A stretch of 64,000 nucleotides of DNA from the NCBI GenBank assembly GCA_963819655.1, contig CAWFXA010000002.1, forward strand, positions 1,024,001 to 1,088,000, in the 5' to 3' direction. The position numbers were made by a program, and so were the translations under genes. Every line of letters begins with the position of its first letter. Position 1 is the first letter of the stretch. The stretch is from an uncultured Chloroflexia bacterium (GTDB lineage: Bacteria > Chloroflexota > Limnocylindria > Limnocylindrales > CSP1-4). Shown in pieces: positions 20,219-32,312 of the stretch. Under the pieces are notes generated by a model, which saw nothing but the letters and a program-made list of their open reading frames with translations, did not search any database and was not told the DNA's origin.

Positions 20219-21848
20219 TCACCCGTCGTCCCGCGCTCGATAGGCTGCGGCGATCCGTGCCGCTTCGTCGGCGGCCCCTTCCGATGCCGTGATCGCCCGC
20301 AGGAACGCATCGCGTTCGAGGGCCTGCAACGCGACGTCCGTGACCGCAACGACCGACGCGGTGCGTGGGATATCGCGGATCAGGGCGAGCTCACCGAACG
20401 ACGATCCGGGACCGAGCCGGCCGATCACTCTGGCGCCCTGCGAGACCTGGACCTCGCCCTCCTCGATCGCGTAGAAGTGGTCCCCGACCTCGCCCTCGGT
20501 GATCACGGCTGTCCCCGCGGGCAGCGCCTCGGCGGAGAGGGCGGCTGCGGCCGCCTCGAGCGCCGGCGGTGCCAGCGGTGCGAACAACGGAAGGCGCCGC
20601 AACAGCGCGATCTGGCGGAACGGGATCGGATGGGCCGCTTCATCGCGCCCGACGGTCCGGAAGATGGCCAGTGCGACGAGCGGCAGGGTCAAGGCCGCCG
20701 CGACGATGGCGCCACCGAGCCCGACCACGGCGACCAAGGCACCGGCGACCAGCGCCCCCGTCGCGGCTCCACCCATCGACGCGCCCTCCGCCAGGCCGAA
20801 GACGCGCGGAAGGTCCTCGACCGGGACCAGCCGCTGCAACACGGTCCGCACCGCGACGTCGACGACGGCGAGCCCGATCCCCGCCCCGACCAGCAGGACG
20901 AGCGCTGCGGTGCCCTCGCTCACGCGTGCGACCCCGACCACCGGGACGGCCCAGATGCATGCACCGATGAGAAGAAGAGGGGTCAGGTGCGGGCGCCCGA
21001 CGAGGCCAACGGTCAGGGCACCACCGACGACCCAGCCGACTCCGATGGCAGCGGACAGGAAGCCGGCACCGGCCTGCCCCATGCCGAGGACCTCGATCGA
21101 CGCAAAGACGAGCAGGACATCCATCGCTGCGGCCACGCCGAACCGCGCAGCGAGCAGCGCGACGGCCAGGGCCCGTCCCGGCTCCGCCGCACGACTGGAT
21201 CCGGCTCCGGCGCGCTTCGGTCTGTGCGGGCGGCACAACATCCGATGCCACGTGCACGACCGGTCGACTGGCAAGCGAGTGCAAGGGACCGACCAGCAGC
21301 GCGGCGATCAGGGTCGCGACGCCGGCGCCCGCGTAGACGGCGGCCGGCGATGCCACCGTCAGGACCAGGCCACACAGGAGCGGCCCGATCAGGACACCCG
21401 TTCCCTCGAGGAGCGTCGAAAGTGCGTTCGCCGCGGTCAGGTGTTCCGCCCGCCCGACGACTGCAGGGAGGATCGCGCTCTGGATGGGTCGGATGCTCGT
21501 ATAGGCCACGACCACGCTGGCGGCGAGGACGTACACGATGAGCGGCGGCAGGCCCACGAACATCGCCAACCCGGTGGCGAGCATCGCGGCCCCGGTCGTC
21601 GCATATGCCAGCGTCAGCGCGCGGCCGCGCGGCATCCGATCGCCGATCTTCGCCGTCAACGGCGCAGCGATGGCGGCAGGCAGCAATTGGGCCACTGCGA
21701 CGATGCCGACGGACGCCGGGCCGCTCGCCGTGTACGCGTAGACCAGGATGGCGACCCAGATCGCCCACTCGCCCGCATTGAAAGCGAGCCATGCGGCTTC
21801 GACTCGCCGAACGTCCGCGATCCTCAGCACATCGCGGAACACGGTCAA
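20219..21848 (-). CDS. MFS transporter fused to a C-terminal cyclic-nucleotide-binding domain (one frameshift near 21195)
   Basis: N-terminal TM helices (AKIGDRMPR) in one frame; the remaining TMs and the cNMP motifs EGEVGDHFYAIEEG and FGELAL..PRTASV are in the +1 frame. Start uncertain. Confidence 0.8.
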
Positions 21849-21966
21849 GGAGCCGGGGATTCGGCTGGTCGCGGTCAGTGGGCCATCCTTGCTCGATCGA
21901 TGACGGAGTGGTCGCGGTCAGGTTAGCCGGATACCCAGAGCGCATTCCGGCACTACCATCAGGCGG

Positions 21967-22927
21967 ATGCCACGACTGCGGCCAGCCATGTCCCGCCGAC
22001 CGTCAGCGAGGCCGCGGATCGTGGTCCTCGGCGATCTCGTCGTCGACGTCGTGCTCAAGCCGGAACGGTCTCTCGAGCATGGGACCGACGTCCCCGGCCG
22101 GGTCTTCTTCGTCCAGGGTGGGTCGGCCGCGACTGCGGCTCGCTGGCTCGGGCGGCTCGGGGCGCGTTCGTCGCTCATCGCGGCGATCGGGCGGGACGCA
22201 GCGGGCAGGGCGCTCGTCGAGGCGATCCGCAGCGACGGCGTGACCCCGCGAGTCGTCCGGGTCGCGGGCGCTCGCACGGGGAGGATCGGCGTCCTCGTCA
22301 CGCCCGACAGCGAGCGGTCCTTCGTCACCGACCGCGGGGCGGCGCTCGAGCTCCAGCCAGGCGATCTCAAGCCTGCCTGGTTCGCGCGGTGCAGACGCGC
22401 TCCACCTGCCGCTGTACTCGCTCATCGACGAGCCCTTGAGCCTGGCGGGGCGTCGGGCGATCGAGCTCGCCCGTGGCTCGAACGCCGCGGTGAGCGTCGA
22501 TCTCGCGTCGATCGGTCCGTTGCTCTCGCGCGGGCGACGGGCGGCGCGGACCCTCATCGAGGAGATCGCGCCCGACTTCCTGTTCGCGACCGCCTCGGAG
22601 GCGGAGGGTCTCCTCGGCCGGTACGCCGTCGAAGGCCTGCTGGACCTCGCCGGGATCGCCGTCGTGAAGCGCGGCTCCAAGGGCGCGACGGTCCTGGCGC
22701 GCGAGGGCGATGCGCGGCTGCGTTTCGAGGTCGCCACGGAGCCGATCGCGGCGACCGACACGACCGGCGCCGGCGACGCGTTCGACGCGGGGTTCCTGGT
22801 CGGGTGGTTCACCGCCCGCGCAAGCGGACGGTCGCTGCCGGCGGCGCTCCAGCGAGCTGCACTCGCCGGCCACCGCGCGGCGGCGAAGCAGCTCACGTCA
22901 CCGCGACAGGAGCTTGTCCTCGGCTAG
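21967..22927 (+). CDS. PfkB/ribokinase-family carbohydrate kinase, possibly pseudouridine kinase (frameshift near 22387)
   Basis: GDLVVDV and GGSAA..A in the first frame; VKRGSKGA and DTTGAGDAFDAGFL in the +1 frame. Confidence 0.85.
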
Positions 22928-22937
22928 ATCGAGGTCG

Positions 22938-24548
22938 CTAGGTGCCTCGCGTGATGCGCACGTCCTCGAGCTGGACCTCGAGGAGGCTGTTCGACGCACC
23001 GTCGACAGCCTCGAACACGATGCGGATCGTCTGGCCCTTCCAGGTATCGACCGGGATGTAGGTGCTCCGCCAGACGCCGTCGACGTCAGTGGCGGCCCCG
23101 GCCTTCGTGAAGACAGGCGTCCGTGCCCCACCCGAGGTTTCGATGCTCGCGACCAGCCGGTCGGCCGAGGACGAATTCGAGCCGTGCGCAAAGACATAAC
23201 GGAAGTACAGCTGCTGCCCAGTCGTGTTGAACAACTTGATCGGCGCCGATCGCACGCTCGTCGACCCGTCGAGGTCGTTGGCGTTGGCCGACGAACCGGC
23301 GAGCAGGCCCGTCACCATGGCGCGCGAACCGGACGGCACCGTCCCGAGCTGCTTTGGGCCGCTCGCCGACGTGGACTCCGGGTTGCCGCGAGCGAAGGCA
23401 CCGCTGGTCGCGGTGTCGGTCCCGTCGGGGTTCGTCGTCCAGCCCCGGGCCGCCTCGAAGTCGTCGTCGAACGAGCCGCACCGCCAATGGACATACGACG
23501 TCCCGAGGACCGCATACGGGCACCACGCGCGCTCTGCCAGGTACAGGACGGCGGCCTTGTTCCGGCCGGTCTCCGACGCGATCAGGCTGTCGTCCATGTA
23601 GTCGCGGTTCGACAGCTCGAACGTGTAGCTGAAGATCCGGTACACGCCGTACGCGTAGTCGCGCGTCGTGCCCGACGTGATGTACAGGTCGCTCGCCTGC
23701 TGGGGTCTGTAGCCGTTGGTCCTGGCCATCTGGCGGCCCATGTGGACCAACGCGAGGCGATCGGCGCTGGTCATGTCGGCCGGCTGGTCCGCGTACGTGT
23801 AGCCGTACGGCCACATCACGAGCCGGCCGGCCTCGTGGAACGTGATGTGCATGCGGATCTGCTGCTTGCTGTCGACGACCCGGCTCGCCAGGAAGTCGCG
23901 CACCGCGCGCACCTCCGGGGCCGACCACGCCCTGGGGCCGCGGTAGGTGATCGCCGCCGGGTTCGGGCTCGTCCGGCCCCCACCGCCCCAGCGATAGCCG
24001 TAGTTCCGGTTGAGGTCGGTGCCGATGTAGCTGGTTCCGGGCGTCGGCTGGCGGTTCTTGCGCCAATAGTGGAATCGACCGTTCGCGATGTCGTACTCGG
24101 CGCCATCCGGGTTGACGAGGAAGATGATCCAGATCTCGCGGCCGTTGACGATGTTGGTGATGCGCGTGTCGCTGCCGTAGCCATCGACGAGCCAGCGCAT
24201 GATGCGCAGCGCCATCTCGACACCCATGTGCTCGTCAGCGTGGTGGCCGCCGTCGTAGAGGACCTCGGGCTCGTTCTCGTCGGTCCCGACGTTGTCCGAG
24301 ATCTTCATCGCCCACAGCTCGCGGCCCTGGTAGCTCTTGCCGATGCTGAAGCGCGACGCGATCGCCGGGTGAGCAGCAGCGACCGCCTGGGTCGCGGCGC
24401 CGATTTCGGCGTACGTGTGGTAGCCGGTGTAGCCCCTCGGGAAGTCGGCCGCTGCGACGGCTGTGGTCGAGGCGACGAGGAGGACGACCAGCGTCGCGGC
24501 GATCGCCGCTGGGACGGAGCGTCGGAAGCGGCGATCGGGAAGGGTCAT
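22938..24548 (-). CDS. Secreted M14 zinc carboxypeptidase (carboxypeptidase T-like) with an extra C-terminal domain
   Basis: Signal peptide, HHADE, NPDG, WRKNR, GTDLNRNY, ITFH and YTFEL motifs. Confidence 0.9.
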   Translation of the reverse strand: MTLPDRRFRRSVPAAIAATLVVLLVASTTAVAAADFPRGYTGYHTYAEIGAATQAVAAAHPAIASRFSIGKSYQGRELWAMKISDNVGTDENEPEVLYDGGHHADEHMGVEMALRIMRWLVDGYGSDTRITNIVNGREIWIIFLVNPDGAEYDIANGRFHYWRKNRQPTPGTSYIGTDLNRNYGYRWGGGGRTSPNPAAITYRGPRAWSAPEVRAVRDFLASRVVDSKQQIRMHITFHEAGRLVMWPYGYTYADQPADMTSADRLALVHMGRQMARTNGYRPQQASDLYITSGTTRDYAYGVYRIFSYTFELSNRDYMDDSLIASETGRNKAAVLYLAERAWCPYAVLGTSYVHWRCGSFDDDFEAARGWTTNPDGTDTATSGAFARGNPESTSASGPKQLGTVPSGSRAMVTGLLAGSSANANDLDGSTSVRSAPIKLFNTTGQQLYFRYVFAHGSNSSSADRLVASIETSGGARTPVFTKAGAATDVDGVWRSTYIPVDTWKGQTIRIVFEAVDGASNSLLEVQLEDVRITRGT

Positions 24549-24627
24549 CGGTCGATGATGACCCCCATGTCCAGCCGGCGCGATGCCGGGATGGGGCCAG
24601 TCGACCGTGGCCGAAACGTCCCGGCGG

Positions 24628-26697
24628 TCAGCGGAGGTACCGGTCGAACCAGTCGAGCACCCGCTTGTTGCGGTCGATGCGGCGGTCGGGCCGGCCTGCG
24701 TTTGCGTAGACGTGGAACTCGTCCGGGTACAGCACGTACTCGACCGTCCGGCCGAGGTGACGCAGCGCGATGAAGAACTGCTCGTTGTCCGCGGCGGGGC
24801 AGCGGTGATCGGCCTCCCCTTGGAGCATCAGGAGCGGGGTCCGGACGTTCGCAACGTGACGCAGCGGTGATTGCCGCCAGAGCTTGTCGACCCCTTCGGG
24901 TGAGAGCGTGTCGCCCAGCAGGGCGGCCCGGCTGTACTCGGGGCCGCCGTCGGAGTTCGCCCAGTCCGCCACCTGGTTCGTGACGCCGTTCTCCGAGACC
25001 GCCGCCTTGAAGCGATCGCTCGTGCCGACCAGCCAGTTCGTCATGTACCCGCCGTAGCTCAGGCCCATCACGCCGAGCCGCTCTGGGTCCGCCAGACCGA
25101 TCGCGACGACGTGATCGACAGCTGCATGGACGTCGGCGGCATCGACTCCACCCCAGTCGCCGAGCTGCGGGCGGATCCAGTCGGCGCCGTACGTGGCCGA
25201 ACCCCGGATGTTCGGCAGGATGACGCGGTACCCGTGCGCGACGAGAAGGATGACCTCGATGTGCGGCGCCGGCGCCCACGCACCCATCGGGCCGCCGTGG
25301 ACGTTGACGATCGCCGGGAGCGGCGTGAGGCGTGCGCCGGCCGGCGACGCGATCCAGACATCGATCGGCCCGCCGGCCCCGGGCGCCCGGACGAGGCGCA
25401 TCTCCGGCATCTCGAAGGCGTCCTGCCAACGCGAGCCCAGCCGCGAGCGGGTATGGAGGGTCGCCTCGCCGGCGCTGTCGTCGTTGCCGAAATCGAGAGT
25501 CTGCAGCTCCATCGCGCGCGTGCCGTCGGTCCCGAGCGTCGCGATCCGACCGCCTCCCGCCACAGCGACGGTGTGCGTCGTGATGTCCCCACCGGCAAGG
25601 CGCCGAGAGCTGCGTTCCTCACCGGTCTTCGGATCGATAGTGAAGACGTATGGATGCGACCGTCCCTGGTCCGAGATCGTCGCGGCGATCCGCTCGTCGT
25701 CGAGCCAGAACGGCCCGTGGCGGCCATCGACGAACCAGCCGTTGAGATCGGTATCGACCCAGTTGCCGATCGGCCGGTCGAGGTCAGGCGCGAGCAGCCA
25801 CGGCTGTCCGGAGCCGTCGGCCGGCCCGACGACCACGCCCGGGATCACGTCGTCGAGCGGCTCTGGCTCGAGCAGGCCGCGGGCCGCGATCCAGCGTCCG
25901 TCGGGCGACCAGGCGGGGTGGCTCGCCCAGCCCGGTCGGAGCACCTCGGTCGGCTCCGCGTCGCGCTCATCGACATCGACCGCCCAGATCGTCGTCCGCC
26001 AATGGAGGTCGGGCTCCGGCCCGCGGTCAGTGGTGAAGGCGATCGTGCGGTTGTCGGGATGCCACGCGATGTCGGAAACGCCCCAGTCGCCGCTCGTGAT
26101 CTGGCGCGGCTTGCCCGAAGGCAGGTCGGTCACGAAGAGGTGCGACCACCGGTCTCGATGGCCCTCCTCGTCCCATCGCCAGTCTGTCCGGGTGATGTGG
26201 CGGGCGACGGGGGTCTCATCCGAGCCCGCCTTCCCGCGCCGCCAGATCGGCCTGGCCTTGCCGGCGATGAAGCGGGGCGGGTCGACCTCGGCGGTGAACG
26301 CGAGGCGGCGGCCGTCGGGCGACCAGGCGATCTCGCCGACCGCGCCATGGCGGCCGATCTTCGCGGGCCACGGGCTGGCGGTGCGCAGCAGATCGAGCAG
26401 CATGATCGCCGCCACCGAGTCGTCGTCGGTCGGGTCGGTCCGGACGAAGGCGAGCGTGTGGCCGTCCGGGCAGAGCCGCGGCCGCGTGTCGCGGATCTTC
26501 CCCCGGGTCAGCTGGCGCGGTGTCGGGATGGCGCGCCCGGCCCCCACGTCGATGGCGAACAGGTGGCTGACGTAGCGGTTCCCCCGGATCGATCGCCGCA
26601 CGACGACGGCAGTCCGCCCGTCGACGGACAGGTCGAGCTCTTCGACGACGACGATGCGGCGGATGTCCTCAGGGGTCATGGTCCGGCGTGCAGCCAT
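24628..26697 (-). CDS. S9 family peptidase (dipeptidyl aminopeptidase / acylaminoacyl peptidase)
   Basis: WSPDG propeller repeats, VHGGP, GLSYGG, QGEADHRCP and a C-terminal His. Confidence 0.92.
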   Translation of the reverse strand: MAARRTMTPEDIRRIVVVEELDLSVDGRTAVVVRRSIRGNRYVSHLFAIDVGAGRAIPTPRQLTRGKIRDTRPRLCPDGHTLAFVRTDPTDDDSVAAIMLLDLLRTASPWPAKIGRHGAVGEIAWSPDGRRLAFTAEVDPPRFIAGKARPIWRRGKAGSDETPVARHITRTDWRWDEEGHRDRWSHLFVTDLPSGKPRQITSGDWGVSDIAWHPDNRTIAFTTDRGPEPDLHWRTTIWAVDVDERDAEPTEVLRPGWASHPAWSPDGRWIAARGLLEPEPLDDVIPGVVVGPADGSGQPWLLAPDLDRPIGNWVDTDLNGWFVDGRHGPFWLDDERIAATISDQGRSHPYVFTIDPKTGEERSSRRLAGGDITTHTVAVAGGGRIATLGTDGTRAMELQTLDFGNDDSAGEATLHTRSRLGSRWQDAFEMPEMRLVRAPGAGGPIDVWIASPAGARLTPLPAIVNVHGGPMGAWAPAPHIEVILLVAHGYRVILPNIRGSATYGADWIRPQLGDWGGVDAADVHAAVDHVVAIGLADPERLGVMGLSYGGYMTNWLVGTSDRFKAAVSENGVTNQVADWANSDGGPEYSRAALLGDTLSPEGVDKLWRQSPLRHVANVRTPLLMLQGEADHRCPAADNEQFFIALRHLGRTVEYVLYPDEFHVYANAGRPDRRIDRNKRVLDWFDRYLR

Positions 26698-26732
26698 GCG
26701 CGACAGACTAGCCGCGCCGCTACCCTTCCGGT

Positions 26733-27689
26733 ATGCCCGTCCCGCCCTCGGTCGCCGACCGATTGATCATCGCGCCGGAGGTGGCCGGGGCTCTCGCCGA
26801 GGGCCGGCCCGTCGTCGCGCTCGAGTCAACATTGATCAGTCACGGATTGCCCTATCCGCAGAACCTCGACGTGGCCTCGGCCTCCGAGACCGCCGTCCGT
26901 GAGACGCCAGGCGCCGTGCCGGCCACGGTCGCGATCCGCGATGGGCGGCTGCTGGTCGGGCTCGACGCCGGGGCGCTGGAGGCGCTGGCCACGGCCCCGG
27001 CCGGCTCTGTCCGGAAGGCAGCGCGCCCAAGCCTGGCCGTCGCCCTCGCCGAGGGCGGGTGGGCGGCCACGACTGTGTCGGCCACCATGATCGCCGCCTT
27101 CGCTGCCGGGATCCGCGTCTTCGCGACCGGCGGCATCGGCGGGGTGCATCGCGGGGCCCTCGACGCGTCGGGTGCGGGCGTGCCCGCGTCGTTCGACATC
27201 TCGTCGGATCTCGAGGAACTCGGCCGGACCGCGATGGCCGTGGTCTGCGCTGGCCCAAAGGCCATCCTCGACGTGCCGGCTACGATCGAGTACCTCGAGA
27301 CACGGGGCGTGCCGGTCATCGTGGTCGGTCAAACGGACGTGCCCGGGTTCTTCGCCCGGTCATCGGGGGTCCCGGCGCCGGCCGTCGCCGCTGACGCGGC
27401 CGAGGCAGCCCGGATCGTTGCGGCGCATCTCGGCCTGGGCTTGGGGAGCGGCGCTCTGGTCTGCGTGCCAGTGCCCGCCGACGAGGCACTCCCCGATGAC
27501 GTCGCACGGGACGCCGTGACTCGCGCGGTCGAAGACGCCGAGGTCGCCGGCATCCATGGACCGGCCCTCACGCCGTGGCTTCTCGCGCGGATCGCCGAAC
27601 TGACCGACGGTCGGTCGGTGCCCGCGAACACCGCGTTGATCGTGAACAATGCGCGCGTTGCCGCGTCGCTGGCGGCCCACCTGCGCTAA
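26733..27689 (+). CDS. psuG: Pseudouridine-5'-phosphate glycosidase
   Basis: VALESTLISHGLPYPQN, ATTVSATM, FATGGIGGVHRG, DISSDLEEL, KAILD and TPWLL motifs. Confidence 0.95.
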   Translation: MPVPPSVADRLIIAPEVAGALAEGRPVVALESTLISHGLPYPQNLDVASASETAVRETPGAVPATVAIRDGRLLVGLDAGALEALATAPAGSVRKAARPSLAVALAEGGWAATTVSATMIAAFAAGIRVFATGGIGGVHRGALDASGAGVPASFDISSDLEELGRTAMAVVCAGPKAILDVPATIEYLETRGVPVIVVGQTDVPGFFARSSGVPAPAVAADAAEAARIVAAHLGLGLGSGALVCVPVPADEALPDDVARDAVTRAVEDAEVAGIHGPALTPWLLARIAELTDGRSVPANTALIVNNARVAASLAAHLR

Positions 27690-27726
27690 CGCACGGTTCC
27701 AAGCCGCATTCGACCCCTTCCTGATA

Positions 27727-27755
27727 TTGCCGCGCGCCCGGCCGGTCGGTACACT
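27727..27755 (+). promoter_or_regulatory. Sigma70-type promoter
   Basis: TTGCCG, 17-nt spacer, TACACT, upstream of the 27850 gene. Confidence 0.6.
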
Positions 27756-27849
27756 CGCCGGACTCGCGAGGCATCCGGGGTGGGCGGTGCTGCGCCATGG
27801 TGGTGTGGGCCGCGCGACCGAGCCACCGGGTCGTGGAGGATGGCGCGCC

Positions 27850-28386
27850 ATGCGCATCTACGAGGGCAGCCCGCGCCAGGACTTCGAGGAAGTCTTCAGG
27901 TCCATCGGCGCGTTCCTCGACCAGCGCGGCATGAAGGACGTCCTTCTCGTGGAGGCCCCCGACGGTTTCATCGTCCAGGGCCTCGTCGTGTCCGGCTCGT
28001 CGGTCGGTGCCTGGTCCGAGTCGATCGGGACGCAGGCCAAGGAGACGTTGACCTTCCTCGACGATGACATCGCCCGCTTCATGGAGGAAGCCGCCGCGCG
28101 TCGCGGTCGGTCGGCCCCGGTGCCGACGCACGACGCCGGCTATTACGAGACGGCCTTCCGCGTCCTCGGTCGTTACATGGACGACCAGAAACCGAAGGAC
28201 GTGTTCTTCTTCGAGCAGGACGGCGCGTTCGTCGTCAGGCTCCTGCTGTCCGGCCAGGCCGGCAGCCAGCACCAGCTCTCGGAGTTCACGCGCGAGGACA
28301 TCGCCCAGATGGTGGCCAAGGGGCCAGCGCTCCGGAGCCCGGTCTCGATCCCCGGCGCGAGTAGCAGCACGACTACCAGCGCCTGA
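27850..28386 (+). CDS. Hypothetical protein built from two tandem homologous domains
   Basis: GGAGGA RBS and ATG 27850; FEEVFRSIGAFLDQRGMKDVLLVEAPDGFIV aligns with YETAFRVLGRYMDDQKPKDVFFFEQDGAFVV. Confidence 0.8.
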   Translation: MRIYEGSPRQDFEEVFRSIGAFLDQRGMKDVLLVEAPDGFIVQGLVVSGSSVGAWSESIGTQAKETLTFLDDDIARFMEEAAARRGRSAPVPTHDAGYYETAFRVLGRYMDDQKPKDVFFFEQDGAFVVRLLLSGQAGSQHQLSEFTREDIAQMVAKGPALRSPVSIPGASSSTTTSA

Positions 28387-28403
28387 CCTCGGAGGTATCG
28401 CCC

Positions 28404-28559
28404 ATGAAAGCCCTCAAGACCGTCGCCGTCGCTCTCGGCATCACGCTCGCGGCGCTCATCGTCATCCCGCTGGCCGTGCTGGCCGGCCTGTTCGTCTGGT
28501 TGAAGCTCACCGAAGAGGACGACGAGGAGCTCCTCGAGCTCGACCGCGACACCGTCTGA
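28404..28559 (+). CDS. Small single-pass membrane protein (51 aa) with an acidic tail; not in the ORF track
   Basis: GGAGGT RBS at 28391; MKALKTVAVALGITLAALIVIPLAVLAGLFVWLKLTEEDDEELLELDRDTV; GC3-rich codons. Confidence 0.75.
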   Translation: MKALKTVAVALGITLAALIVIPLAVLAGLFVWLKLTEEDDEELLELDRDTV

Positions 28560-28686
28560 TCGATCGCGACGGCGACTGATCGACCCCGACATCCCCGCCG
28601 CACCACCGACGCCCGCCGATCGACCGGCGGGCGTTGCGCTTCTGTCCGTCGACCGCCGTCTCGCCGAGGCGGCGGTCATCGGCGTC

Positions 28687-29556
28687 ATGGTCATCTGGGC
28701 CGCGAACTTCATCGTCGTGAAGGGCGCCATCGCGGTCCTCCCGCCTGTCGGCTTCACGATGCTGCGCTACGGCCTGGCGTCGATCGCGCTGCTCGCGATC
28801 CTGCGCTGGTCCGAAGGGACCATCCGGTTGCCCCGACCCGACGTGGTCCGGATCCTCGTCCTCGGCGGGCTGGGTTTCGGGCTGTACCAGATCCTGTGGA
28901 CGACCGGCCTCACGTCGATCCCGGCCGGCGACAGCGCACTGATCATCGCCTCGACCCCGGTCCTCGTCGCCGTCCTCGCTGGGATCATCGGCGTCGACAC
29001 GCTGACGCCGCAGAAGTTCGCCGGCGCCGCGCTGTCGTTCCTGGGTGTCGTCGTGGTCATCGCGGCGGGCGTCGGCATCTCGATGAGCGGCTCTGCCGTG
29101 GGAAGCCTCCTGACGCTGGCTGCCGCAGCATGCTGGGCGTCGTACACGGCCTTCGCGGCGCCCGTCCTCCGCCGCCACTCCCCGCTCGTGCTGACGACGT
29201 GGGCGACGATCGGCGGGACGCTGGTGCTGATCCTGCCCGGCGTTGCGCAGCTCACGGCGCCGGGGGCGCTCGGCCCGGAGCAGTCCGCGCAGCTCGTGCC
29301 GATCGTCCTGGCGATCGCGTATTCCGGGATCCTCGCGGCCGCGGTCGCGAACGTCGTGGTCTTCAACGGCGTTCGATTGCTCGGCCCGACCCGGGTCATC
29401 ACGCTCCAGTCATTCGTGCCGCCCATGGCTGTGGTCCTTGCGTTCATCTTCCTGCATGAGCCGATCCGTCCGGCGCAGGTCGTCGGCGGGCTGATCATCG
29501 TGTTGGGCGTGGCGTTGACACGTCGCGCTTCGGTTCGCCCGGCCGCGCGCTCATGA
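28687..29556 (+). CDS. DMT/EamA family transporter
   Basis: WAANF..VK and two EamA repeats, about 10 TM helices; true start may lie slightly upstream. Confidence 0.88.
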   Translation: MVIWAANFIVVKGAIAVLPPVGFTMLRYGLASIALLAILRWSEGTIRLPRPDVVRILVLGGLGFGLYQILWTTGLTSIPAGDSALIIASTPVLVAVLAGIIGVDTLTPQKFAGAALSFLGVVVVIAAGVGISMSGSAVGSLLTLAAAACWASYTAFAAPVLRRHSPLVLTTWATIGGTLVLILPGVAQLTAPGALGPEQSAQLVPIVLAIAYSGILAAAVANVVVFNGVRLLGPTRVITLQSFVPPMAVVLAFIFLHEPIRPAQVVGGLIIVLGVALTRRASVRPAARS

Positions 29557-30425
29557 CGGACGAGGCGCCGCCTCTCCCACCACTCGTCGAGGGGACGCCG
29601 CCGCTCGCGATTCTCGTCGACTACGACGGGACGATCTCGCTGACCGACGTCACCGACCAGGTCATGGCCACGCATGCGCCTGCCATCTGGGAGGAGGCCG
29701 AGCGGCTCTACGCGGCGGGCGCGATGGGATCACGCCGGCTCATGGCCTGGGAGATGTCGATGGTCGACGCGGATCCCGATGCGCTCCGGGCGACCGCCGC
29801 GGCCCAGCCGCACGATCCCGGGTTCGTCCCCTTCGTCCGCCGCGCTCAGGCGGCCGGCATCCCGGTCGAGGTCGTGTCCGACGGATTCGGATTCTTCATC
29901 CGCCCGGCCCTGGAGCGACTCGGGGTGGGGGAGCTCCCGGTGGTGACCGCGCGGACAGATTTCGATGACCGACGACCCTCGCTGCATTTCCCCAACGGCC
30001 ACCCGACCTGCCTCGTCTGCGGGACGTGCAAGCGACAGCGAGTCCTGGCCCATCGGGCCGCGGGTCGACTCGTCGTGTTCATCGGCGACGGCGACAGCGA
30101 TCGGTATGCCGCCGGTTACAGCGACATCGTGTTCGCGAAGCGAGCACTGGAACGGATCTGCCTCGAGGCGGGCTGGGCGTACCGCCGCTGGACCGCGTTC
30201 AGCGAGCTGGAAGGGTGGCTGGCGGAGACGCTCGTGGGATGGGCGCGCGATCCCTCCAGCCTGACGCCGCCGGAGCCGGGTCCCCCGCGTGGCTATTTCT
30301 GCGGCCCCGAGGTGTGGGGCGACGGCCTGGAGGATCCGCCCCCAGGTTCGTGGCCGCCGCCGGAACCAACAGGCGTTACGTCAAAGGTGACAAGCGACGA
30401 GAGACCCGGCGGCGTTGAGCCCTAG
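29553..30425 (+). CDS. HAD-IB family phosphatase (MtnX-like)
   Basis: DYDGTIS, VVSDGF, CGTCK and FIGDGDSD...VFAK motifs. Confidence 0.85.
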   Translation: MTDEAPPLPPLVEGTPPLAILVDYDGTISLTDVTDQVMATHAPAIWEEAERLYAAGAMGSRRLMAWEMSMVDADPDALRATAAAQPHDPGFVPFVRRAQAAGIPVEVVSDGFGFFIRPALERLGVGELPVVTARTDFDDRRPSLHFPNGHPTCLVCGTCKRQRVLAHRAAGRLVVFIGDGDSDRYAAGYSDIVFAKRALERICLEAGWAYRRWTAFSELEGWLAETLVGWARDPSSLTPPEPGPPRGYFCGPEVWGDGLEDPPPGSWPPPEPTGVTSKVTSDERPGGVEP

Positions 30426-30545
30426 AAGCTGAGTGTCACGCGTGCCGTGACATCCGAGGGGGGAAGGTCGACCTGCTCGGCTGCGTTCGTCCGTTGTGAC
30501 ACCAATGGCCAACACCGCGGATTCGCGTCCGGGGCCTCTTTCCGA

Positions 30546-30570
30546 TAGCATCAGAAAAACCCCGGAGGAA
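30546..30570 (+). promoter_or_regulatory. pyrG -10 element and short leader
   Basis: TAGCAT at 30546-30551, then AAAAACCCC and a GGAGG RBS. Confidence 0.45.
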
Positions 30571-30576
30571 CCCTGA

Positions 30577-32259
<1,683 letters not shown>

Positions 32260-32312
32260 GTCGGGGCTGACAGGCCAGACCTGACGGCGTGGCCTGATCC
32301 CGGAGCACGCCG

